DNA of 63,060 bases, counting the filler, from an uncultured Chlamydiae bacterium (GTDB lineage: Bacteria > Chlamydiota > Chlamydiia > Chlamydiales > SM23-39): NCBI GenBank assembly GCA_937899275.1. It is 5 parts of 5 records of this genome, joined end to end, with 100 filler letters (N's around TTAATTAATTAA, not from the genome) between each part and the next. Parts side by side here need not be neighbours in the genome. Positions count along the whole stretch, not along the records: positions 1 to 16,015 come from CALBPE010000043.1; 4 more parts are not named here. One strand, written 5' to 3'. Positions within the stretch are counted from its first letter, which is position 1; every line of letters starts with the position of its first letter. The position numbers and the translations under genes were made by a program. Below the pieces are notes generated by a model. That model made no database searches. It saw only the letters and a program-made list of their open reading frames with translations, and was not told the DNA's origin. Of the stretch, positions 1 through 8,810 are shown piece by piece.

Positions 1-147
1 TAACTGCGAATAAACTAATTGCTTCATCTATACAATAGCGCTTTTTTCCTAAGAAAAAGCCTTTGGTAAGTAGTCAAGGTGCTGAAGTGGAAAAACCGCA
101 TGATAAGCAGTATAAAATGTTCTTATAACAACTGCAATCGCACATTT

Positions 148-1809
148 TTACTCTGTAGCACGAATCAATAGCCCTGCCAAAGCCACCCGCATTTTTTCAG
201 AAGATTTTTCCATAGTTTGCAATACAAAATCGATGCTTTTAGGCGTTTGCCTAAGAGCTACTTCGCTAAATGCATCGAGTAGTAATTGCGAGGTTTCTTC
301 TGGTGATAGAGAATAGTGATCTAGCTCTTTGCGATCAGATAAAGATATATGCTCTTTTAACTGGATCGCATCGATATTTTCTATCGAACTTAGTAATTGA
401 TATACCCGTTTTTCATAAGGCCCTTTTTCTCTTAAAGAAAATAGGGTAAGATTTGCGTAATTGCGCACAAAAGGCGCTCCTAAAGCTTCCGCATATTTTT
501 TCAAAAGATCGATCGCATCTTTTGTTTGCAAATGTTTCAATAATTGCATCAAAGAGGGGACAAATGCTTTTTGCCTACTTGATAATAATTTATCTGCTAT
601 CTGCAAAAAGCAAGGCTCTGGCAAATACATTGCTTCTTTAATCAGCTGATTTTTGATCATATAAGAAATGCTTTGTATTCTTTTTCCCTCAGACGTATCT
701 CCACTTGGCATAGAGACGATTTTTCTTGTTTTTTTCGTTCCACCTAGAGAGCTTTGCATCATGCAGGCCATATGCTTTTTTTCGTCGTTTTAAAGCGCTT
801 CTAAGCGCTTTTAGCAGCTGGGATCTTGCCTTTTAAGTAAAGCAATTGCTGCGTTTGCCCTAACCTCACGGTTTTTTGCCTTAGTTAGCTCAAAAAGAGC
901 ATCTTCAGATCCTTGGATATAAGATAATGCTTGTATCGCAAATAGATCGTGACAAAGCGCAGCAAGCTCCACTTCTTTTGCTTTACTTGTATCGCCTAGC
1001 CGGTGCAGCGCAAGCAAAGCGGCTATACGCACATTTTGCGAAGAGTGATGAGAAAGAGCCTGCAACGATTTTAAGCTATGGGCATCTTCAAATACCCCTA
1101 ATGCATATGCACAAGCTTCCATTTCAGCTAAATTGCGGTGCGTTAATTTTATCCGGATCATGGGCAGAAAGTCGTCTCTTTTGCATTCTACTAAACTCAA
1201 AATAGACTGCACTCTGACCATAGGGTTGGGATCTTGCAGCAATTTTCTCAGCGCAGCATTTGCAGAAGGTGTGCCAATAGCTGCAAAAAACTGGGGAAAA
1301 AAAGGTCGAAAAAACGGCGGTAAAAGCGCCATTAAAGATTCTGTATAGCTTGTGGCGTGACGCTCTTTTCTCAAAGCCATATGGTAACAGGCCTCCACTC
1401 TTGTCGCTAAGAAATCAGAAGAGCTCGCCGCTTTTTCTAATAAAAAAGAAGATGTATCGTCTTGTATTTGTGATAGGAAAAAAACCGCAATGAGCTGGAG
1501 TTTTGGATGGCTGCTGTATAAAGCCTGTTCTAAAATATCCACAGAAAGGCAAGAGGCGGATAGCCCCGCTCCGTAGGCTGCTAGCATCCGCATTTCTTGA
1601 TCATCACTTTTGATACCTTGCTCGAGTAAAAGTAAAGCAAGCTCGCGTAAAATCTCGTAATTAGCGCTACTTTTTTCTCTGCAAAATGCGCGATAATTTC
1701 TGATTGCCTCTACTCGCTTTTGGTTTTTCATCAGATAGAGCGCATGCCTTATATCGCCCCCAAAGACTGCGCTCAACATGGATAAAAAACAAAAATAGAA
1801 CCATCTCAT
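148..1809 (-). CDS. HEAT-repeat protein (conserved chlamydial type) with signal peptide, interrupted by two in-frame TAA
   Basis: ORFs 811..1809 and 148..771 are in the same frame, with TAA at 811-813 and 790-792 and otherwise open codons between. HEAT-like motifs (LRKLLQDPNPMVRVQSILSL, VRIAALLALHRLGD, EVRANAAIALL). Hydrophobic N-terminus. Confidence 0.75.
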
Positions 1810-2011
1810 AAAAAAAATTTGATTGCATAAATCACGCTTATTCTCCTTTCTTACCTCTAAAAGAATTCTTTTGCAATCGTGATTCTACCAAAAAAATGGA
1901 GAAAAGATATTTTTCCCTTTTTTCTTAAAAAGAAATATCGTACGATATCCTCATTGTTTTAGAAATCATGTAATCAATATTACGCCTACAACCATAAATA
2001 CGGAGGTCAGT

Positions 2012-2368
2012 ATGACACCAATAAAGTCCATTACCTTAAATGCAAACCCATCTGTACGCCAGATTGACTTAGGCAAAGCAGTCAATTCCTCAAATCGCCT
2101 TAACGCACTTTCTAGATCTAGTATCAGAGGAGGAGCAGAGGGCAAAGAGGAAGCCAAAGGAGAGAATACAGGAGATAAAAAATCAATTTTCACTACAGCT
2201 TGGAACACTGTAACTTGGGCCTTTTCTAGCCTTTTCTGGCTTCTAACTGCCGGCTGGTGCTGTGGTCTTTGCAGTAAAGCAAAAGCAGGTGCACCAGAAA
2301 CAGATGCATCAAAAACAGATACATCAAACGCAAAAGTTCACGGCGAAGAAAATAAATCAGAAGCGTGA
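2012..2368 (+). CDS. Small hypothetical protein with one hydrophobic, Cys-ended segment (candidate secreted/membrane protein)
   Basis: GGAGG ribosome-binding site upstream. Hydrophilic termini around AWNTVTWAFSSLFWLLTAGWCCGLC. Followed by a terminator. Confidence 0.7.
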   Translation: MTPIKSITLNANPSVRQIDLGKAVNSSNRLNALSRSSIRGGAEGKEEAKGENTGDKKSIFTTAWNTVTWAFSSLFWLLTAGWCCGLCSKAKAGAPETDASKTDTSNAKVHGEENKSEA

Positions 2369-2408
2369 TAGTCTTCAGTTTTGTTTTCACAAACTTCTTT
2401 TGTTTAAC

Positions 2409-2440
2409 AAAAAAGCTAGGTTGTACAACCTAGCTTTTTT
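2409..2440 (+). terminator. Rho-independent terminator, potentially bidirectional
   Basis: Perfect 32-bp palindrome AAAAAAGCTAGGTTGTACAACCTAGCTTTTTT about 40 nt after the 2368 stop. Confidence 0.85.
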
Positions 2441-2716
2441 TATACACTTTATTTTTTCTGTATTTCATCCCTTTGAACTTTTATCAATGAAAAGCGGGCA
2501 GTTCCTGTGTCTTGGTGCGAATTAGAAAGGCGGCGCTATTGCGCTCCTATTCTCTTACCTTAATTTGCGCTTTTTTGTTGCTACAGTATGTTTATATTGG
2601 AGGCTTCCAGGTATTTCCTGGTTTTACTATGTTTTTCTTGTGATTTTGCGCTATAACACTTCAAAAGCGTCAAGGATTAGATCTCAGACCTAAAGAACGG
2701 TGTTTTTTGGAGGTAA

Positions 2717-2748
2717 CAAACAAAAGAAGCGCTCATAGGAGCGCTTCT
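2717..2748 (-). terminator. Rho-independent terminator of the DUF3604 gene
   Basis: Stem AGAAGCGCTC-ATAG-GAGCGCTTCT (2725-2748) followed by T-rich sequence on the minus strand, about 20 nt after the stop. Confidence 0.7.
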
Positions 2749-2769
2749 ACGTATATCTAAGTACACAGT

Positions 2770-4668
2770 CTATTTTTTTGTTGGTTTTTTTCCTGTAGTT
2801 GGTTTTTGCAGTACAGAATGGTAGTCGATCCAGATAGGTGAGCTCCAGGCGATGTGTCCATCTTCTTGAAAAGCTCTTAGGTAGTAGTAGGCAAAGGGAT
2901 GTTCGCTATGATCTAATGCAATTGTTTTCAAGAGATCGCCATCATCATAGGCAAATTCTACTGTGTCTTTACCGCCAGAAAGGGTATGCAGAACTTTTCC
3001 GTTACGGATGATTTCTATTTTTTCTATGTTAGCAGATCCGATCACATACCCGCTAATATGCCGGTTGAGTGCAAGGCCGGGCTTTAGGCTGTTTGATAGC
3101 TCAGATCCCATTTTTTCTCCGCCAATATAAAATCCTAGGATGATTCTGGCGCCTGTAGTGGCGTAGCAAGCTTTTTTTTGTAACGCATCAAAAATAGAAG
3201 ATCTGGAATGGTCTTTAGCAAGTACCGCTGTTAGGCCAGGGGAGTACTGTTTTTGCGAGCTATCAAATAAGGTTTCATAAATGCCTCGATCATCATAGCC
3301 TCCTGCTGTAAATCCAAAACGGCAGTTGCGGTTAAGAGCTGAGCGGATCGATCCCTCTTTAGATTCTTGTATACCTGATTTTTCTGAAGAAGTAATCGGT
3401 CTTGGATTACCTTCTTTTTCTGTGCACTCAGAAGAGCCCCAAGAGTTGTAAATTTCCACTACTTTTTCAAAGTCTGGATCAAACTGTGTAAAATCATAGG
3501 GATGTTTACTGTTCATGGTAAATGAAGGGATGGATACAAAATCTTTGGTTTGATGGGTTTTGTAGATTTTTTTTAATGAATTTGTCTTAGTATCTTTTTT
3601 CCTAAGAAGGGGTTTGGCATCTTTTGTATATAAAAATTGCCGAACGCCTTCTTCTTTAGGCTCTCCTATCCACTGGAAACCTAGAAAGGCAGCGAAACGG
3701 TCTTCTTCATTAAACTCAGAAACTTGATTGGTGATGAGTTTCCAGATGTCAGAAGATGTTTCTTTTTCTGCATCAAAAGAGGAAACGCCGTAAAAATGGA
3801 GGGCTTTTTCATCGCGAAAATACCGCAAGCAAGATTCTACGTTTTCTTGAGCGTCAAATCTTTCTGATTCTCCATGGAAAACGCCCCAAAATAAATTGAG
3901 GGGATAATCTTGGTAACATTTGATAGGGGGCGAGAAAAACGTATCTTTTGTTTGTAGGTTACGCAGCCGAATTTTATAGATACCAGGCTCATTGAAATAT
4001 AAATTAGGCAATGTAATGAACCCTGTTTCTGGTACAAATAACTTCCAATTAAGATTTTCTCGTAAATGCTCATAACTTAAATCAATGAGCGTTCCCTCAG
4101 GAGCATTTGCTGTGAGATTACCAAAGGCATCTTCAAAGCGGACGATCACATCAAAGCGCTTATTTCTTGTAACAACAGAAGGTGCAATAATCCGCAGCGA
4201 ATGAAGGACTCCTCCTCGGATGTCCATATAAAAAGTTTCTGGATCTTTGTACTCACCTTTGCCTTTAGTATCGATGTAAAGGTGAAAAGCCCGTTTTCTT
4301 TGCACAACTTTTTGCGCTCTACTGGGCTTGTTTGTTTTAGGATCTATTGCGCCAATAAAAATTGTAATCGGCTCACCAATTTTTATATCACTAGGTAATG
4401 TGAATTCAAATTGTGCAAGATCTTCATTTTCTGTGCGGCGAGCTTTAATACGTGTATTGCCGGCTGTTTCTGCCCAGATGACGCTTTTTTTGGATTGTAG
4501 ATTGGTTTCAGGAACTTCCCAGTCAATAGGGCGCAGCCTGCTGAGGAGATCAAATTTAAGCCGCGTTCCTTTAGGAAGGTTTTGAGAAGGAGTATAGATA
4601 AATTGCCAAGTGCCAGATTCTCCAGCAACTGTGTAAGTTGGTTTTGTATAGCAAATCGATCTTCTCAT
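2770..4668 (-). CDS. DUF3604 / PHP-like metal-dependent hydrolase domain protein (CT425-like)
   Basis: Motifs LFWGVFHGESE, VEIYNSWGSSE, GFTAGGYDDRG, CYATTGARI, AWSSPIWI. Located beside the CBS-domain and ybeY genes as in Chlamydia. Confidence 0.8.
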   Translation of the reverse strand: MRRSICYTKPTYTVAGESGTWQFIYTPSQNLPKGTRLKFDLLSRLRPIDWEVPETNLQSKKSVIWAETAGNTRIKARRTENEDLAQFEFTLPSDIKIGEPITIFIGAIDPKTNKPSRAQKVVQRKRAFHLYIDTKGKGEYKDPETFYMDIRGGVLHSLRIIAPSVVTRNKRFDVIVRFEDAFGNLTANAPEGTLIDLSYEHLRENLNWKLFVPETGFITLPNLYFNEPGIYKIRLRNLQTKDTFFSPPIKCYQDYPLNLFWGVFHGESERFDAQENVESCLRYFRDEKALHFYGVSSFDAEKETSSDIWKLITNQVSEFNEEDRFAAFLGFQWIGEPKEEGVRQFLYTKDAKPLLRKKDTKTNSLKKIYKTHQTKDFVSIPSFTMNSKHPYDFTQFDPDFEKVVEIYNSWGSSECTEKEGNPRPITSSEKSGIQESKEGSIRSALNRNCRFGFTAGGYDDRGIYETLFDSSQKQYSPGLTAVLAKDHSRSSIFDALQKKACYATTGARIILGFYIGGEKMGSELSNSLKPGLALNRHISGYVIGSANIEKIEIIRNGKVLHTLSGGKDTVEFAYDDGDLLKTIALDHSEHPFAYYYLRAFQEDGHIAWSSPIWIDYHSVLQKPTTGKKPTKK

Positions 4669-4731
4669 ATTCCGTGTCTCCTCATGAATTCTTAAATCAT
4701 TTTACCTGAAAGAGGTTTGCAGAGCAATCGA

Positions 4732-6039
4732 TCAGTCGCAGCTTTTTGTATCTTCTGGGTATTTTGTTGGGGTAAGGCGGATTTTTTCGACCGCTTTTTC
4801 TGAAGAACGGAGCACTTCTAACTCGAAGGCGTCGTGGTGCATAGACCATCCTTTTTGCGGGATGGTACCCGCTCGATAAAATACGTATCCTCCGATGGTT
4901 TCATATTCTGAGCTTTGTGGGATATGCACGCCGGTTTTTGTGGCAACATCGGTGATGTTAAGCTTGGCATCGACAACCCAAGATCCATTGGGAAGTTTCC
5001 AAAAAAGATCTTTTTCTACTACGTCGTATTCATCTTCAATTTCCCCTACGAGCTCTTCTAAAATATCTTCGATGGTTACAATGCCCTCTGTTCCGCCATA
5101 TTCATCTACGATGATGGCGAAATGGAGCTGCTTTGCTCGAAATTCTTGTAAAAGTGCAGCAATTTTTTTACTTTCTGGAGCATAGATCACCGGTTTGACT
5201 AGTGATTTCACCGACTCTTCTAAGCTTTTTTGCCTGATGTATAAGTTGAAAAGGTCTTTATATAAAAGAACGCCTGTAATTTCATCTAAACTGTTTTTAT
5301 ATACCGGGATACGACTATACCCTTCTTCTAAAAAAAGAGCCGCTGCTTTTTCTAAAGAAGCCGATTCAGGAATTGCTGTAATCGCAATTCTTGGAATCAT
5401 AATTTCTTTAGCAACGCGTCCTTTAAATAGTAAAAAGGTAGAAAGCCATTTTTGATCTGCTGCATCAAATCCAAGAGCGTAAGACCCCTCAATTTCTCGT
5501 AATAGGGCTTCTGGTTCTTCAGGGGAATACCGAGACTTGCTGATTGCTACATACCTTTGGGAAAGCCGCAGAAACGCCGCTAAAATGGGGCTAAGAAGAA
5601 AAAAAATCGGCAAGGTAATCATAAGGCACGCTTTTGCGCTAGGCGCTGGGAAGCAGTAAGCTACAATATGACAAAAAAGATCGGTAAAAATAAAAGCGCT
5701 TAAAGTCACAAGTATAGATAAGATCCATACAAGCAGGTGCCATTCAGTATAGCTTTCTACATAACCGGTGAAATTCTGCAAAAACAAGGTAGCAAAAATC
5801 GCATAGATGATGGCAAAAATAGGGCGTAAAAAATGCAGTATCTGCAGGTACGTGCCTTGCAGATCTTCCCGAAATACCGGATGAAATATCCAGGTAAAAG
5901 CCCGGTTTTTGAACAGCTGTTTTGCTTGGTGTTTCCCCAATAGTTTTAGTGATTTTTGCAGGGTATGGAAAAATGCAGAAAACAGTAAAAATAGAAGGGT
6001 AAAACTCTCCATATAAAAAAAAGTAGCGCTTTTTTCCAT
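4732..6039 (-). CDS. Hemolysin-family CNNM/CBS/CorC transporter-associated protein
   Basis: N-terminal TM helices, then EIMIPR, GYSRIPVY, AIIVDEYGGTEGIVTIEDILEELVGEIEDEYD and YETIGGYV. Confidence 0.9.
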   Translation of the reverse strand: MEKSATFFYMESFTLLFLLFSAFFHTLQKSLKLLGKHQAKQLFKNRAFTWIFHPVFREDLQGTYLQILHFLRPIFAIIYAIFATLFLQNFTGYVESYTEWHLLVWILSILVTLSAFIFTDLFCHIVAYCFPAPSAKACLMITLPIFFLLSPILAAFLRLSQRYVAISKSRYSPEEPEALLREIEGSYALGFDAADQKWLSTFLLFKGRVAKEIMIPRIAITAIPESASLEKAAALFLEEGYSRIPVYKNSLDEITGVLLYKDLFNLYIRQKSLEESVKSLVKPVIYAPESKKIAALLQEFRAKQLHFAIIVDEYGGTEGIVTIEDILEELVGEIEDEYDVVEKDLFWKLPNGSWVVDAKLNITDVATKTGVHIPQSSEYETIGGYVFYRAGTIPQKGWSMHHDAFELEVLRSSEKAVEKIRLTPTKYPEDTKSCD

Positions 6040-6091
6040 GGGTCTTAAGAGTAAAGATAAAAAGGATTTTGGAGAAAAAGGATAAGGCTTC

Positions 6092-6547
6092 CTACTGGTT
6101 CAGGCAAATATTTGCTTGTTTTAGCATATCTATACAAAATTTTTCTTTTTCTCGCATCTTTTTCCGATCCTCTTCTTCTAGATCGTTGTAGCCGATGAGA
6201 TGTAAAAATCCATGTATTATATACAGTAGAACTTCTTCATAAGTGTCTAGTGCATGTTTTTTGGCATAGGAGCTCGCTGTTTCCGTGGAAACAAAAATCT
6301 CACCTAAAAAACACACTCCATCAGCTCTTTCACCCGGTTTGTCAATAGGGAAAGAGATGCAATCGGTAGGTGTGGGATCATCAAAATAATGCTTATGCAG
6401 TGTAGATATTTTTTGATCATTGATGAGATGGACTGCGATTTCATCGCAGTCGATCTTCTCTTTTTCCACTAAAAAAGTAAGTACTTTTTCTATAGAATCT
6501 TTTTGAATAAACAAGAGATCTTGTTCATCATTGACGTGAACAAGCAT
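6092..6547 (-). CDS. ybeY: rRNA maturation endoribonuclease YbeY
   Basis: PTDCISFP, LGEIFVS and the zinc motif HGFLHLIGY. Confidence 0.92.
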   Translation of the reverse strand: MLVHVNDEQDLLFIQKDSIEKVLTFLVEKEKIDCDEIAVHLINDQKISTLHKHYFDDPTPTDCISFPIDKPGERADGVCFLGEIFVSTETASSYAKKHALDTYEEVLLYIIHGFLHLIGYNDLEEEDRKKMREKEKFCIDMLKQANICLNQ

Positions 6548-6706
6548 TTAGCTTGCAGGAGTTTTTGGAAGGCCGGTCACTTTCGTGTTTTTTCCTTCTT
6601 CCCATTTGCCTAATTTTTTTAATACGTCAACACGCTCAAATCTTTTGAGAACGTTGCGTTTTTTCATTCCTGTATTGGCTTTTCCATAACTTTGGTGTCG
6701 TGACAT
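6548..6706 (-). CDS. PVC-superphylum small basic protein (52 aa; absent from the ORF track)
   Basis: Manual translation MSRHQSYGKANTGMKKRNVLKRFERVDVLKKLGKWEEGKNTKVTGLPKTPAS, with AAGGA RBS. The RNVLKRxER...GLPK pattern matches the Chlamydiae/Verrucomicrobia/Planctomycetes signature protein. Confidence 0.88.
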   Translation of the reverse strand: MSRHQSYGKANTGMKKRNVLKRFERVDVLKKLGKWEEGKNTKVTGLPKTPAS

Positions 6707-6723
6707 AAGTAACGTATCCTTAT

Positions 6724-6900
6724 CTACTTAATTCTTGGTATAAATGAACGATCTATCGAAGGCTCAGAAATGGCATTGATGTGTTTTTTGTAGCCTTCTG
6801 CTAGCTGGTCTTTTTTTGGACCTGTTTTTTCGTTTAAAGAGAGGTGTCTCTTTCTAGGAGATACAGCTCGTCTTTTCATTTGTTTGCTCATTCTGGTCAT
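6724..6900 (-). CDS. Small basic hypothetical protein (chlamydial)
   Basis: C-terminal part of ORF 6724..7056, MTRMSKQMKRRAVSPRKR. This start avoids overlap with holC. Alternative start at 6891. Confidence 0.6.
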   Translation of the reverse strand: MTRMSKQMKRRAVSPRKRHLSLNEKTGPKKDQLAEGYKKHINAISEPSIDRSFIPRIK

Positions 6901-6964
6901 AAAACATCCCGATTTTTTTATTATTTTACGCAATTTCTGAAAAACTCGCAAGGAGAGTATTGCT

Positions 6965-7369
6965 CTAGAGGGACTCAATGGTATACTGAGCGTCTCTATA
7001 GGCTTCAAAACGTTTTCTTGATAGTTCTTTACGGTGAAAAGAGGTGGAGTCTTCAAAGTCGTAGATTACTTCATAAGAGCTGCAAATCAAAGGTGTAGGG
7101 CATAGGTTGAAGACAGATTTTGCGCGGTTGACATTTTTTCTCGTTAGCGTAATCGCAATCAGGCTAGAGGTCGTAGTGGATGCGATTTCATGGGGCAAAA
7201 ACCCCTCTTTTGGCAATTCCCATAGAAGCTCATCTACAAAAATCGCGCTTTTTTCATCTGCCACTTGAATTAAAAAAGCTTCTTTTTTTTTGAGGTAAGA
7301 TCGCGCTGTTTGCACAAGCTTACGGAGTTTTTTATCTGTAGTACTAATCGGGTAAAATACAACGCGCAT
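6965..7369 (-). CDS. holC: DNA polymerase III subunit chi
   Basis: MRVVFY start, VDELLW...FLPH and RKRFEAYR, all typical of HolC. Confidence 0.8.
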   Translation of the reverse strand: MRVVFYPISTTDKKLRKLVQTARSYLKKKEAFLIQVADEKSAIFVDELLWELPKEGFLPHEIASTTTSSLIAITLTRKNVNRAKSVFNLCPTPLICSSYEVIYDFEDSTSFHRKELSRKRFEAYRDAQYTIESL

Positions 7370-7389
7370 GAAAATGTAGGTAAACCATA

Positions 7390-8016
7390 TTATCTACTAG
7401 TGATCATACCACAAGAAACGGTAAATTTTACAGCCTCTTCATTGGTCATATCCATATCTAATGCCTCTTTTTTCGGTACCATCATCATATATCCTGATAT
7501 AGGGTGAGGCGAAGTAGGTACAAATACGGGAACAAGTCCAGGGATTTTTTCTTCACACACCTTTGGAATGGATCCAGAAACAAATCCAACGCAGCTACTT
7601 TTTCTAGATGGAAAGGGGACTAAAGCAGGTTTTTTAAACGCTTGATCTTGCTGATTGTCTTTATGAAAAAGCGCTTTAGTAATTTCTGTAGTTACTTTAA
7701 ATACGCTTCTAAGAAAAGGGATTTTTGCAAACATATTTTGCGTTAGTTCAATCAGCGATCGGAAGAAAAACTTCCTTCCCACAAAGCCAATAAAACAGGT
7801 GAGAAGAACTAAAACAAATAAAATAAAAAGCCGGGTGAAAAAGACCACCAAATCTAAAGGTATTTTACTAAAGTTGTTGTATGCAAAACGTTTGGCAGAG
7901 TCTTGTATCAGGTCTAAAAAAGGAGCGGTTAAAAAATCAATGAGGAAAATAAAAAGAAGAAAGGTAAGTGCAATAGGTAGGAGAACGCTTAAGCCAGCAA
8001 GAAGGGTTTTTTTCAT
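7390..8016 (-). CDS. DUF502 membrane protein (copy 2)
   Basis: LAGLSVLLPIALT, KIPFLRSVF, VFVPTSPHPISGY, EEAVKFTVSCG. Confidence 0.88.
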   Translation of the reverse strand: MKKTLLAGLSVLLPIALTFLLFIFLIDFLTAPFLDLIQDSAKRFAYNNFSKIPLDLVVFFTRLFILFVLVLLTCFIGFVGRKFFFRSLIELTQNMFAKIPFLRSVFKVTTEITKALFHKDNQQDQAFKKPALVPFPSRKSSCVGFVSGSIPKVCEEKIPGLVPVFVPTSPHPISGYMMMVPKKEALDMDMTNEEAVKFTVSCGMITSR

Positions 8017-8672
8017 CCTGGACCCTTAGGTGGCGGTTTGCCTTCTTCTGGTACAATAACCCCGCAAGAGACAATGTATTTAATCGCATCTTCTGTGCTC
8101 ATATCGATAAAAACAAGATCTTCTTTTTTATACATCAACAAAAAGCCCGTTGTTGGATTAGGCGTTGTAGGTACAAAAACCGAGATCAATTCACTATTTT
8201 TTGCTTCTTGACAGCTCTTGGGAGATTCCCTTGAAACAAGCGCTAAAGAGTACACATCTTCTGTGGGAAAAGGCGCCATCACTACCTGTTTAAACGAGTT
8301 TTTTTCCGCAGAAAAAAGCGTTTGGATGATATCTTGACTGGTTTTATACACCTTGTTGACAAGAGGGATTTTATGCAAAAGCTTATCTGAATAATGAAAA
8401 AATAGACTAAAAACCAGTGATCTTGCGATGCATCCAAGAAGTAAGGTGAGCAAAAAAAGCGATAGCAAGATAATCAGCTGGCTACCATACCTAAGCACCT
8501 GTTCAGATTGTAAAAAAGCAAAGCCCGTATTTTTCACCCCCATGTACCTAAGGAAGTCGACAGCTAATCCCATAAAAGGATTGGTTAAAAAACGCACTAC
8601 AAAGCTAAAAACAGCAACAGTTACTGCCAAAGGTAGCAAAATAGCAAGACCTGCTAAAAAGTATTTTTTCAT
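8013..8672 (-). CDS. DUF502 membrane protein (copy 1)
   Basis: MKKYFLAGLAILLP and VFVPTTPNPTTGFL. Start moved to 8672 by alignment with the paralog. Confidence 0.9.
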   Translation of the reverse strand: MKKYFLAGLAILLPLAVTVAVFSFVVRFLTNPFMGLAVDFLRYMGVKNTGFAFLQSEQVLRYGSQLIILLSLFLLTLLLGCIARSLVFSLFFHYSDKLLHKIPLVNKVYKTSQDIIQTLFSAEKNSFKQVVMAPFPTEDVYSLALVSRESPKSCQEAKNSELISVFVPTTPNPTTGFLLMYKKEDLVFIDMSTEDAIKYIVSCGVIVPEEGKPPPKGPG

Positions 8673-8810
8673 GATAAGCGGCGTGTTTTCTCTAGATGTA
8701 TTGTTACTATCTTCCGATATATTTATCAAGAGAGCATTGCCCACATCTGAAAAAGCCTTGAATGTATTGAGGGTTTTTCAGGTGTGGGCATCTTGGTTTA
8801 TTGGCGTTTT

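Noticed and set aside
2441..2716. Possible sRNA between two convergent terminators
   Set aside because: No recognisable RNA family, convincing promoter or structure could be supported by eye.
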